Part shown: positions 9,541 to 19,358 of the stretch, in pieces | Numbering within the stretch: the first letter of the stretch is position 1 | Layout of the letters: the number at the start of each line of letters is the position of its first letter | Assembly (NCBI GenBank): GCA_002697535.1 | Contig: NZWE01000023.1 | Location: forward strand, 265 to 64,264 | Length of the DNA stretch: 64,000 nucleotides | Reading direction: 5' to 3' | Source: Actinomycetota bacterium | Lineage (GTDB): Bacteria; Margulisbacteria; Marinamargulisbacteria; GCA-2716485; GCA-002719695 | The notes under the pieces: generated by a model | Told to the model about the DNA's origin: nothing | Database searches by the model: none | What the model saw: the letters and a program-made list of their open reading frames with translations, nothing else | Program-made: the position numbers and the translations under genes

Positions 9541-10844
9541 GATTTTCCTTTTTTAAATTGACTTAATGGGGATATGCTAAGTAACAATGCTTGTGTGATT
9601 GTAATGGCGGAAAACATACTAATGATAATTCCGATACTTAAGGTTATAGCAAATCCTTTTATGGTACCTGTTCCTAACCAGAATAGTACGATAGCAGCTA
9701 TTAATGTTGTGATGTTAGCATCTAGTATTGTGACATAGGCATGTTTAAATCCATTTAAAATACTTGCTTTTAAAGACGTGTTTTTTTTGATTTCTTCTTT
9801 AATTCGTTCAAAAATAATTACGTTTGCATCAACAGCCATTCCCATTGTTAAGATAAATCCAGCTATACCTGGCAGAGTTAAGGTTGCATCAATTAATTTG
9901 AATAAGGCAAATGATAAAATAATATAGCTTATTAAACTTATTGATGCTAATAATCCAGGGCCTTTGTACATAAAAACCATGTATATACCTACTAATATGA
10001 TACCTGCAATAAAGGCCAGTTTACTTTTTTCAATAGAATCTTTTCCTAAAGTTGGTCCTATTTGTTTTTCTGAGATTATTTCTACTGGAATTGGAAGAGC
10101 TCCTGCATTTAATTTGATAATTAGATTGCTTACTTCAGTTGGGGTAAAATCTCCTGATATTTGTGCTTTTCCACCTGAAATTGCTTGGTTTACATTAGGG
10201 GCAGAAATAATACGTTTATCAAGTAGTATGGCTAATGGCTTATTAATGCTTTTTGCGGTTGCTTGGTAAAATTTAGTCCCTCCTTCAGGTGTGAACTCTA
10301 GATTTACAATCGGTTTTCCAAATTGATCTGTTCCCGGACTTGCTTTACTTAAATCGCCCCCTGTTAATGCAATCTCTTTTAGTATAATGGGGCGTTTAAT
10401 GGATTGTTTCGATGTATTGTTATCTTCCATGTATGATAATTCACCTTTTTCTCCAATTAAAATTCTCTGTTTTTCTTCTGGTAGATTTTCTATTCCAGGG
10501 GGTGCCCATTCTGCAATAACAAATTCTAATAATGCAGTATCCCCAATCATAGCTTTTGCTTCATCTGGATTTTTTATTCCTGGTAATTCAATTGATATTT
10601 GGTCTTTTCCTTTTATTCTAATACTTGGTTCAGTTAGACCTAATGAGTCTATTCGGTTACGAATTACTTCTATGCTACCTAAAACACTGTCTCTGGTTAA
10701 TGGTTGGTTATTAGTGGGCTTTGCTTGTAAAATGAGGTGCATTCCGCCTTGTAGATCAAGTCCTAGATTAATTGGTTTTTTGATAATGGTGATAATACCT
10801 AGTATTATTAGAAAACAGGAAAAAAGTAGTTTTATTTTGTTCAT
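9537..10844 (-). CDS. secD: protein translocase subunit SecD
   Basis: 435 aa with 'LGLDLQGGMHL', 'GPTLG' and 'GMAVDANVIIFERIKEE', typical of SecD. Confidence 0.92.
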   Translation of the reverse strand: MNKIKLLFSCFLIILGIITIIKKPINLGLDLQGGMHLILQAKPTNNQPLTRDSVLGSIEVIRNRIDSLGLTEPSIRIKGKDQISIELPGIKNPDEAKAMIGDTALLEFVIAEWAPPGIENLPEEKQRILIGEKGELSYMEDNNTSKQSIKRPIILKEIALTGGDLSKASPGTDQFGKPIVNLEFTPEGGTKFYQATAKSINKPLAILLDKRIISAPNVNQAISGGKAQISGDFTPTEVSNLIIKLNAGALPIPVEIISEKQIGPTLGKDSIEKSKLAFIAGIILVGIYMVFMYKGPGLLASISLISYIILSFALFKLIDATLTLPGIAGFILTMGMAVDANVIIFERIKEEIKKNTSLKASILNGFKHAYVTILDANITTLIAAIVLFWLGTGTIKGFAITLSIGIIISMFSAITITQALLLSISPLSQFKKGKS

Positions 10845-10886
10845 GAGACTTATATTATAATCCTAGATTGCAATTACAACAAATGT

Positions 10887-12392
10887 CTATTCGTTTTTAT
10901 CTCTCATATGTGGAAATAGTAACACATCTCGTATAGAGTGTGAGTTTGTTAGTAACATTACAATTCGATCAATGCCTATTCCTAGTCCACCTGTTGGAGG
11001 TAACCCTTGTTTTAATGCTTGGATATAATCTAAATCCATTACTTGAGAATCTTCCATTCCCTTTTCTTTTGCTTTTAATTGATCTTGAAATCGGTCAAAT
11101 TGATCTTCTGGGTCATTTAACTCAGAAAAAGCGTTAGCAATTTCCATGCCGTTGATAATAAGTTCAAATCGTTCTACTAAATTATCGTTTTCACGGTGTT
11201 TTTTTGCTAATGGGGATGTTTCCCATGGATGATCTATGATAAATGTTGGTTGTATTAAGGTTGGTTCAATAAGGCTATCATAAAGTTCCATGATCAGATG
11301 TCCTTTTGTTGCTTCATTTGAGACATTTAGATTAAGCTCTTTTGCTTTATTTCTTAATTCGTTTATATTATTACAGTCAATGTTACATTTATTTTGAATT
11401 TCTTCTACTAATTTGATTCGTTTAAAGGGAGGTGTAAAATCTATTTCGGTATCTTTGTATACTATTTTATAGCTATTATGGATATTAAATACTAATGCTG
11501 ACAATAATTCTTCTGTTAGATTCATCATATCGTGATAATCTGTATAGGCTTCATATAATTCTAGTAATGTATATTCTGGGTTATGTTTGTATGAGATACC
11601 TTCATTTCGAAATACTCTTCCAATTTCAAATACTTTTTCAAAACCGCCAACAATAAGACGTTTAAGATGAAGTTCTAATGCAATTCTAAGGTAAAGATTT
11701 TGTTCTAGTTCGTTATGGAATGTATTAAATGGTTTTGCGTTAGCTCCTCCATAAATATTATGTAAAACAGGTGTTTCAACTTCCATGAATTCTTTTTTTT
11801 CTAAATAATTTCGAATAAATGAAATTGATTTTGATCGTATTTTAAAGGTTTCTTTGATATGAGGATTTGAAATTAAGTCAATATACCGGTGGCGATAACG
11901 AAGCTCTATATTTTGAAGACCGTGATACTTTTCTGGTAATGGTAGTAATGATTTTGTTAATAACTCTATATTTGTTACTTTGATTGTTAATTCTCCACGT
12001 TTCGTTTTAAATGGATTTCCAACAATACCAATGATATCGCCTACATCATAACTTAATATGTCATTAAATGTTTCTTCTCCTAATTTATTAGAGTTTGCAT
12101 ATAGTTGGATAATTCCAAATTCATCTTGTAAATTACCAAAGAATGCTTTTCCATGATTTCGTTTTGCCATGAGTCGTCCTGCTAATGTTACAGTTGTTTC
12201 GTTTGATTCACCTGTTTCTAAAGTATTGAAATTTTCATGAATGTCGGTTGTTTTATGTGTTTTTGAAAACGTATATTTAAAGGGATGTTTTGTTTGGTTT
12301 TTTAACTTAGTTAATTTTTCTAGTCGTATGGTTTCTTCAGTTTTATTTTCGTTTGATGATTGTTGGTTTTCTGTTATATCAGTTGGTTTCAT
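10887..12392 (-). CDS. lysS: lysyl-tRNA synthetase (class II)
   Basis: 501 aa with an OB-fold N-terminal domain and class II motifs ('FRNEGIS', 'GLGIGIDRIVMLLT'). Confidence 0.96.
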   Translation of the reverse strand: MKPTDITENQQSSNENKTEETIRLEKLTKLKNQTKHPFKYTFSKTHKTTDIHENFNTLETGESNETTVTLAGRLMAKRNHGKAFFGNLQDEFGIIQLYANSNKLGEETFNDILSYDVGDIIGIVGNPFKTKRGELTIKVTNIELLTKSLLPLPEKYHGLQNIELRYRHRYIDLISNPHIKETFKIRSKSISFIRNYLEKKEFMEVETPVLHNIYGGANAKPFNTFHNELEQNLYLRIALELHLKRLIVGGFEKVFEIGRVFRNEGISYKHNPEYTLLELYEAYTDYHDMMNLTEELLSALVFNIHNSYKIVYKDTEIDFTPPFKRIKLVEEIQNKCNIDCNNINELRNKAKELNLNVSNEATKGHLIMELYDSLIEPTLIQPTFIIDHPWETSPLAKKHRENDNLVERFELIINGMEIANAFSELNDPEDQFDRFQDQLKAKEKGMEDSQVMDLDYIQALKQGLPPTGGLGIGIDRIVMLLTNSHSIRDVLLFPHMRDKNE

Positions 12393-12482
12393 ATTGCTAC
12401 CTCTTTAACATTACTATTTTTTGTATGTAATGTTATTTAAGTATTTATGAAAATTTTGTTATCGTCAATTATAACCTGGGGT

Positions 12483-13691
12483 TTACATCATCATGTCAAA
12501 AATAGGTAAGTAGATAGAGATGGCTATAAATAGTACCATTCCGCCTAATACCATTGTGATAATAGGGTCTAGTTTTGCTGATAATTTTTTCATGTTGTGG
12601 GTTAATTCTTTATCCATAAAAGTTGTAATTCTGGCTAAAGATTCCCCTAAATTACCTGCTTTTTCTCCCATTGAAATAGTATAAGATACCATAACAGGTA
12701 CTATAGATTGGTTATCTACTAAGGCACCTGATAAAGGTAATCCTCTTGCTACATCTTTTCTCATTTCTGTTATGATTTGTTTTAATCTTAGGTTTTCAGT
12801 TGCTTCTTCAAGTACAACTAATGCTTGGGTAATTGGTACGTCATTATTGACTAAAATTTCGAAACAACCTAAAAATTTTAGTAGTTTTACTTGTTTATAG
12901 ATAGGCCCTGATAATGGTAAAAAAAATAATGATTTATGAAGTAGAAATTTTCCTTGCTCGGATCGATTGATGGCCATTATTGCTATTGTTAATATGGCAA
13001 GAACGGTTAATATCATAGGGTAGTATTCAATTAATATCTCTGAAGATCCAAATAAAATTTTTGTTGGCAGAGGGAGTTCTTTTCCTGAGGATTTGAATAT
13101 TTTTTTAAATGTAGGAGCTACAAATATTAAAATTAACGATAACATGGCTATTCCTATTGTGCTAACAATAATGGGATAGGTCATAATGCCAGTAACTTGT
13201 TTTTTTAAGTTATCAGTTTTTTCTAAAAAATTGGCTACATAGTCTAGGACATCGGGTAGTTTTCCTGATGCTTCTCCTGCTTTGAGAGCCATTGGAAGGA
13301 AATTAGGAAAAATTTTGCTGTGTTTTCCAAATGAATCTGAAATAGATGAGCCACTTTCAATGTCGATGATGATGGTTTCTAATGCTTCCGTTAAGAGTCT
13401 GTTTTTTAATTGTTTTGATAATAGTTGTAATGTTTCTTTGATTTTTAGTCCAGTTCTAATACAACCTGCAAATAACTGTGCAAAAGCTACTAATTCGTCA
13501 GATTCTACAGTTGTTGGTTTTGTTAGTTCATCTAATAACTTGTAACCCTCTGTTTTTAGCGAGATTGCATCAATATTTTTTTTCTTTAAAAAATTTTCAG
13601 CTTCTTTGTAATTAGATGCTTTTAATTTTTTTGTTAAAATTTTATTATTTGGGCCTTTGTAAACATATACAAATGTTTTCACGTTTCTCAA
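12483..13691 (-). CDS. GspF/PilC-family inner-membrane platform protein (type IV pilus / type II secretion)
   Basis: 402 aa with the duplicated GspF-type cytoplasmic domains plus 3 TM segments ('AGEASGKLPDVL', 'GEKAGNLGESL'). Confidence 0.85.
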   Translation of the reverse strand: MRNVKTFVYVYKGPNNKILTKKLKASNYKEAENFLKKKNIDAISLKTEGYKLLDELTKPTTVESDELVAFAQLFAGCIRTGLKIKETLQLLSKQLKNRLLTEALETIIIDIESGSSISDSFGKHSKIFPNFLPMALKAGEASGKLPDVLDYVANFLEKTDNLKKQVTGIMTYPIIVSTIGIAMLSLILIFVAPTFKKIFKSSGKELPLPTKILFGSSEILIEYYPMILTVLAILTIAIMAINRSEQGKFLLHKSLFFLPLSGPIYKQVKLLKFLGCFEILVNNDVPITQALVVLEEATENLRLKQIITEMRKDVARGLPLSGALVDNQSIVPVMVSYTISMGEKAGNLGESLARITTFMDKELTHNMKKLSAKLDPIITMVLGGMVLFIAISIYLPIFDMMM

Positions 13692-13741
13692 TCCTTATTT
13701 TTTTTGTTTGCTGGTTTGTATATTCCGTTTTTTAGCTGTTA

Positions 13742-15454
13742 TTAAACATCAACAACACGAACGAGTTCTTCAATTGTTGTTAGACCTTGAATTAATTTGT
13801 CGATACCATCTTCAAGCATTAATTTCATTCCATTTCTTCTTCCAGCATCTCGGATTTTTTCTGAACTTGCTTTTTGGATAATTAATTCTCGTGATTCTTC
13901 ACTTAAGGTTAAAATTTCAAAAATTCCTAAACGGCCTTTATAGCCTGATTCGTTGCAATATTTACATCCTGCTCCACGATGTAATTTTGGTGAATCATAC
14001 TCATTTTTTAATTTTTCTATTAATGCTTTTTCTTTGATGGATTCATAATCATCATAAGATGCTTCTTTTTTGCAATTTGGACAAATTCCACGGACTAATC
14101 GTTGTCCTATAACACCTATAAAGGCACTGTTAATTAAAAAAGGTTGAACCCCCATGTTTATAAGCCGAGTTACACTTCCTGCTGCACTTCTTGTATGTAA
14201 GGTTGAAAAAACTAAGTGACCTGTTAAGGCTGCTTGAATTGCAATGCCGGCTGTTTCAATATCTCTGATTTCTCCAATCATAATAACATCTGGGTCTTGT
14301 CGAACAACGGCAGATAGACCAGAAACAAAATCAACTCCAATTTTTGGGTTAACAGGAATTTGGTTAATTCCATCTAAGTTAAATTCTACGGGATCTTCAA
14401 TTGTAATGATATTTTTTTCAGGAGTGTTAATTTGTGATAAACATGAATATAAGGTGGAGGTTTTTCCAGATCCTGTTGGTCCACATACTAAAACGATGCC
14501 TGATGTTGATTGAATTAATCCTTGTAACAAATTGAAATTTATTTCATTTAGTCCTATTTTTTCCATTGTTACGAAGGCATCTGATTTTTCTAAAATTCTT
14601 AAAACCATTTTTTCACCGGAAATGGTTCTTACGGTAGAGACTCTAAAGTCAACTTCTTTATTTTTTAAAATAAAAGTTAATCGTCCATCTTGTGGTTTTC
14701 TTGTTTCTGTAATATCTAATTCAGCTAAAATTTTTAAACGAGATATGATAGGCGATGCTAACTTTCCTGGAGGTGCCATAATTTCTTTTAAAAGTCCGTC
14801 AACACGAAATCTAATTTTCACAATAGTTTCTTCGGGTTCTATATGAATATCAGAGGCTTTTTCTGCAATTGATTGGGTTAAAATGGTATCTACTAATTTT
14901 GCAATAGGTGCTTCTTGTGCTAAGTCTGTTGTTTCATCATCTCCACCTAAACCTTTGTCATCGACTAGTTCTAGACCCATTTCAAATAAGTTAGATACAC
15001 TGGACCCATCTGCTTCTAGCTTTTGATCTTGGTAAGAATAGGCGTAGTTAATTAATTCTAAAATAGTATTTTTTGGAGAAAAAATAATGGAAATGGTGCA
15101 CTTTGAAATAAATTCAAGTTCTTCAATTAATTCGGTGCTACATGGATTTGAGCTTGCTATGGTTAATGCTTCTCCTAATTGAAATAAGGGTATAATATGG
15201 TCTTTTCTAGCCATTGTTTCGGGTATTATCTGTGTTATTTTTAGATCTATTGTATTGTTATCAATAATATCAAAAGGGATATTTAATTTTTGTGCTAGCA
15301 ATAGTAAAATTTCTTGTTCTTCAATCTTTTCTTTTTCGATTAATGTTTCATATAATCCTTTTTCAATGAGTTCATTATTAGTTATTAATTCAGTGATTTC
15401 AGATTCTGCTATAGATTTGTTTGATGTTAGTATTTCTGATAATGATAGACTCAT
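13742..15454 (-). CDS. GspE/PilB-family secretion/pilus-extension ATPase
   Basis: 570 aa. It has a T2SSE_N-like N-terminal domain, Walker A 'GPTGSGKTS', Asp box and Walker B 'IMIGEIRD', a His box 'TGHLVFSTLHT', and tetracysteine 'CPNCK...CKYC'. Confidence 0.92.
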   Translation of the reverse strand: MSLSLSEILTSNKSIAESEITELITNNELIEKGLYETLIEKEKIEEQEILLLLAQKLNIPFDIIDNNTIDLKITQIIPETMARKDHIIPLFQLGEALTIASSNPCSTELIEELEFISKCTISIIFSPKNTILELINYAYSYQDQKLEADGSSVSNLFEMGLELVDDKGLGGDDETTDLAQEAPIAKLVDTILTQSIAEKASDIHIEPEETIVKIRFRVDGLLKEIMAPPGKLASPIISRLKILAELDITETRKPQDGRLTFILKNKEVDFRVSTVRTISGEKMVLRILEKSDAFVTMEKIGLNEINFNLLQGLIQSTSGIVLVCGPTGSGKTSTLYSCLSQINTPEKNIITIEDPVEFNLDGINQIPVNPKIGVDFVSGLSAVVRQDPDVIMIGEIRDIETAGIAIQAALTGHLVFSTLHTRSAAGSVTRLINMGVQPFLINSAFIGVIGQRLVRGICPNCKKEASYDDYESIKEKALIEKLKNEYDSPKLHRGAGCKYCNESGYKGRLGIFEILTLSEESRELIIQKASSEKIRDAGRRNGMKLMLEDGIDKLIQGLTTIEELVRVVDV

Positions 15455-15837
15455 TATTCTGATAGATAGGTTATAGCACTTTCATCTTCTTCAAAAATTT
15501 TTATTTTAGATGATATTTTTGTTATATCTAATACCCTTCTAACATCTTTTTTTGGATTTAAAAGGACTATTTTTCCATTTCTTTGTTCTGCTTTTTTAAA
15601 GCTTTCAAATATGGCCCATAAACCAGATGAATCAATGTAACTTATTTGTGATAAGGTTAGTATTATTTTTGATACACCTTCGTCTAATAATGAATTTATT
15701 TGTTCTAAAAATGGTATTTGGTTTTCAATGTCAAGTTCTATGGTACCTGTTAATTCGTTTGTATCTTCATCTTTTTCATTGCCAAAATTAATTTTGGTAA
15801 TGTCGGTGTTTGATATTTTTTTAATTTCTATTTCCAT
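15454..15837 (-). CDS. STAS-domain protein (RsbV/SpoIIAA-like anti-sigma-factor antagonist)
   Basis: 127 aa. 'ISYIDSSGLWAI' contains the canonical phosphorylatable DSSG serine. The stop overlaps the PilB-like start (TAATG). Confidence 0.85.
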   Translation of the reverse strand: MEIEIKKISNTDITKINFGNEKDEDTNELTGTIELDIENQIPFLEQINSLLDEGVSKIILTLSQISYIDSSGLWAIFESFKKAEQRNGKIVLLNPKKDVRRVLDITKISSKIKIFEEDESAITYLSE

Positions 15838-15852
15838 TTAATATTATTATAC

Positions 15853-18800
15853 TTACTGAGCGTTATATTTAACAAGTTTTAGTTTGTTTTCGGTTTGTGT
15901 AGAGGAGAAGTTTATTTCATCCATTAGTGTATAGATTAAAAATAGACCTAATCCGGAGCCTTCTAGTTTTTCAAGATTATTACTTATTTTTTTTTCGATA
16001 GAGTCACTTTTTAATGGGATTCCGTTGTCTTTAATAATAATTTCTAATTTGTCTTCATATATAGCAAAATTAAAATAAATATATTTACTTGGATCGCCAA
16101 GATAGGCATGTTCGATAATATTAGCTTGGGCTTCATTAACAGCTAGTTGTAAATCTAATTTTATTTGATGGTTCATGTTGTGGGATTTGCATATCGATTC
16201 AATTTCTTTTCTAATTTTTTTGATTTCTGAGATTATACTTAATGTTTTGATGCTTTTTTTAAAAAGAAGTTGGTTTTTATATTGTAATTTTTGATTAATT
16301 TTACAGGCAATGACAGTTATATCATCTTTTTTAATCGTTTGATTTTCAGATCCAGTTAGGTAGTTTTTAATTTTATTTAATAATATTTGAGGTGGGAATT
16401 TTTGATTTTTTTGAACAAAACTTTTGACACCATTTAACCCAATGGATGTGTTGTTTGCTATTTTTGTTTCTAAAATTCCATCAGTAAATAAAAATAATAA
16501 GTCATTATCTTCGATTTTTATTTCTTTTTCTATAAATGTTTCATTTTCGTAACCAGCAAGAGGAAATCCTTTTGTATCTAATTTAATGAATTTATTTTTT
16601 CTTAGAATATAGCCTGGTTCATGACCTGCATTTGAAAAGGTGAAGGTGTTTTTTTTAGAATCTAGTATGCCATAAAAGAGGGGAATGAATTTATTAATTA
16701 CAGGATCTGCGTAAATTGTTTTATTGAGTTGGTTGATGGTTTCTTTTGGGGATTTTTCTGCGTTAATGTTTCTATTAATAATACTTTTTAATACGGCCAT
16801 ATATAATCCTGCAGGAATACCTTTTCCGACGATATCAGCGATAATGATACCTGTACGATTTTTGTCTAGCTCTATAAAATCGTAGAAATCTCCTCCAATT
16901 TTTTGTGCAGGGATATTTAATGCTCCAAATAATAATTTTGATTTTGTAGGTAAATTTTTTGGAAGTAAGTTGTTGTGTATATCAGATGCTACCTTTAATT
17001 CTTGGTCAATTTTTTCTTTTTCTAATTTTTCTTTATAAAGCATTGAGTTTTGTATTGTTGTTGCTATGAGGGTTGTGATGGTTACTAAGGTATCAATATC
17101 TTCTTTTGTGAATGTTTCTGCAGAGGTTCCATATTTTCTAGCAAGATTAATAATGCCAATTAATTCATTGTTAATTAGAATGGGGATGCATAGGTAGAGT
17201 TCAATTAAAATTTTTACATTGGGGTCTAGCTCTGGAGATGAAAAATAGTTATCTATAAGTATTAATTTTTTGGTTTTTTCTACTTTTTCTGAAATGGTTT
17301 TTCGATTTTTGTAACGGAAAGATCGACGTATTTTTTCGGGAAAATTTCTATGTTGTGCTGTTATGAAACGATCTTTTTGTTTGAGTTGAATGGATCCCAT
17401 ATTGCATTTTGTTGATTTTAATAAGAAGTCTATTAAAACATCTAGTAGTTTATCTAGGTTTTGGATGGATTTTATCATTAAATTTACTTCTGATATTGCT
17501 TCTAATCGTTGTGTTTTAATTCGGTCCATTTGTTGTAGTTGTGTAATATCTCTAAATAAAAATATGATGCCAACATATCCATACTCTTTATTTATTACAG
17601 GTGAAATATTAACCATAAAATTTTTGTTGTTATAGTTTGCATTTTCATTAATAACGGGTTGTTTTGTTTTAATGACTTGTTGGTATAGTTTTATTAGTCG
17701 TAAATCTTCTAATAAACCAATTAACTTTTCTTGAGTAATATGTTGATTTTGATTGATGTTCAGTAACGTTGCTGCTTTTGGGTTGATGATGTTTATATTA
17801 TGTTTTTCATCTAAGATGATAACGGGTTCGATAATACTTTCAATTACAGAATATATTTTTGATTTTTCTAATTCACGAATAATTTTTATTTTTCCTAGAG
17901 ATGAAGATACTTGGTTTGATATTGTATGTGCAAATTGGAGTTCGTTTTTTTGAAATGCTGATTTTTTAAATGATAAGAGTGTAATGATTCCAATAATTTC
18001 ATCTCTAAATATTAGTGGAATGGTGGCATGTGAGTTAATTAGTTTTTCTTTGGAAATACTTTTTTTATTTAGTTTGGTAATTTTTATATCTATATTATTG
18101 GGATTAATGGATGTTGAAAAAAAAGAGTCGATAGAATTTAGTGTTGATTTAGTTAAAATTTTTATTGTTGAATGATGAAAATTACTACCTACAGTAACAA
18201 ATAATTCATTTTTATTAAAAATCTTTTTTAAAAAAATTGAACAAGCGTCATAACTAAGAACTTTATTAATACTTATGGATATTTTTTCAATTATTTCAAT
18301 ATAATTTAAGGAATGACTTACTTCATTGGATGTTTCATATAGTGTTGTTAGTTCGATTAAACGTTGGTTTAGGGATTGTTCATCTTTGTGTATTTTTTGT
18401 GTAAGTTTATTTTTATCATCTAGTAATGATTCTATTTTTTTGTGAATATGGTAATTTTCTATAGAATTAATGATTTGATTAATGTAATGATTGGAAAGTT
18501 GAATTTTCTCGTTTATATTTTTATAGGATGTTGTTAATTTTTGTTTTATCTCCCAATTATGGATAAAAATTGTTCCAAAAATTATTTTTTCTTCGTTAAT
18601 AATATTAATAAATAAACCATCATCACATGGGTATTTATATTTTTTTGTATCCTTATTATATTGGGTAAAGTCCGTTAATATAAATTGGGATCGATTTTTT
18701 ATATAAAGAAAAGGTTTTTGTTTATTATTTTTTTGATTGGTTAGCCATCTGCTCATATTATTTGGTAAGGGCCATAGGTTTTTGTTTGATAGTGTTCCAT

Positions 18801-18954
18801 CAATTTTTTTTCTATCGATATCAAATGTATAGATGTTGATGCTGCTTGTAGGAAAAATAAATTGAAAAATACGAAAGACTTCTTCTATGATGGTTTTTTC
18901 AGAAAATAAATTGCTATTAATTTGATTAATGGATTCTTCTATTTTGTTCAACAT
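15853..18954 (-). CDS. multidomain sensor: GAF-PAS-GAF, PP2C (SpoIIE/RsbU-type) phosphatase and C-terminal RsbW/SpoIIAB-type kinase (HATPase) fusion
   Basis: 1033 aa. PP2C motifs are 'GGDFYDFIEL', 'ADIVGKGIPAG' and 'LFTDGILE'. The C-terminus carries the N-box 'VNEAQANIIEHA' and G-boxes 'DNGIP' and 'GSGLGLFLI'. A PAS-like region reads 'IIEPVIILDEKHNINIINPKAATLL...FRDITQ'. Confidence 0.85.
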   Translation of the reverse strand: MLNKIEESINQINSNLFSEKTIIEEVFRIFQFIFPTSSINIYTFDIDRKKIDGTLSNKNLWPLPNNMSRWLTNQKNNKQKPFLYIKNRSQFILTDFTQYNKDTKKYKYPCDDGLFINIINEEKIIFGTIFIHNWEIKQKLTTSYKNINEKIQLSNHYINQIINSIENYHIHKKIESLLDDKNKLTQKIHKDEQSLNQRLIELTTLYETSNEVSHSLNYIEIIEKISISINKVLSYDACSIFLKKIFNKNELFVTVGSNFHHSTIKILTKSTLNSIDSFFSTSINPNNIDIKITKLNKKSISKEKLINSHATIPLIFRDEIIGIITLLSFKKSAFQKNELQFAHTISNQVSSSLGKIKIIRELEKSKIYSVIESIIEPVIILDEKHNINIINPKAATLLNINQNQHITQEKLIGLLEDLRLIKLYQQVIKTKQPVINENANYNNKNFMVNISPVINKEYGYVGIIFLFRDITQLQQMDRIKTQRLEAISEVNLMIKSIQNLDKLLDVLIDFLLKSTKCNMGSIQLKQKDRFITAQHRNFPEKIRRSFRYKNRKTISEKVEKTKKLILIDNYFSSPELDPNVKILIELYLCIPILINNELIGIINLARKYGTSAETFTKEDIDTLVTITTLIATTIQNSMLYKEKLEKEKIDQELKVASDIHNNLLPKNLPTKSKLLFGALNIPAQKIGGDFYDFIELDKNRTGIIIADIVGKGIPAGLYMAVLKSIINRNINAEKSPKETINQLNKTIYADPVINKFIPLFYGILDSKKNTFTFSNAGHEPGYILRKNKFIKLDTKGFPLAGYENETFIEKEIKIEDNDLLFLFTDGILETKIANNTSIGLNGVKSFVQKNQKFPPQILLNKIKNYLTGSENQTIKKDDITVIACKINQKLQYKNQLLFKKSIKTLSIISEIKKIRKEIESICKSHNMNHQIKLDLQLAVNEAQANIIEHAYLGDPSKYIYFNFAIYEDKLEIIIKDNGIPLKSDSIEKKISNNLEKLEGSGLGLFLIYTLMDEINFSSTQTENKLKLVKYNAQ

Positions 18955-18961
18955 TTTTTTG

Positions 18962-19327
18962 TTAATTGTTTATTGCTTGAAATAATTTTTCTATATCAAA
19001 TGGTTTATAAATAATGCCACTAATCAGGGGAGATAATGGTTGTTCTAAAACATAACGGTAATTTTTGCTGATGGCAAGAAGAATGTATGGTTTATTATCT
19101 AATTTTTTGATTATTTGCATGTTTTTTTTTATATATTCATTATCTAAATCATTATCAATAATAATTAAAGAATTTGATTGAATGGTATTGTTTTTTATAG
19201 CGTCTTCTATTTTAGAGGTTTTGATTTTATTATTTTTTAGTGCATACGATATTATATTGAAAATGGATTTGTCTTGTAACATTGGAATGACATTGTTAAT
19301 TGTTTTCATTATTTTTAATTTTATCAT
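18962..19327 (-). CDS. stand-alone CheY-like receiver domain protein (acidic pocket partly degenerate)
   Basis: 121 aa. 'SLIIIDNDL' looks like the phospho-acceptor Asp context, 'LLAISK' like the T/S position, and 'YKPFDIEKL' like the Lys-Pro position. The N-terminal DD pair reads 'QD'. Confidence 0.6.
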   Translation of the reverse strand: MIKLKIMKTINNVIPMLQDKSIFNIISYALKNNKIKTSKIEDAIKNNTIQSNSLIIIDNDLDNEYIKKNMQIIKKLDNKPYILLAISKNYRYVLEQPLSPLISGIIYKPFDIEKLFQAINN

Positions 19328-19358
19328 AATAATTTTGTTTTCTTATTAATTTTATATC

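Noticed and set aside
10387-10860. 157-aa + strand ORF, plus 9964-10269 and 9107-9289, lying antisense to secD/secF.
   Set aside because: These lie entirely inside well-supported SecD/SecF genes on the other strand. The translations are low-complexity (S/I/F/P-rich) and carry no motifs. Such shadow ORFs are expected opposite A-rich coding strands.
12408-12434. Inverted repeat aacattac-N11-gtaatgtt between pilC and lysS, a possible terminator.
   Set aside because: The stem is an AT-rich 8 bp with an 11-nt loop, and no clear U-tract follows on the - strand. It is not convincing as an intrinsic terminator.
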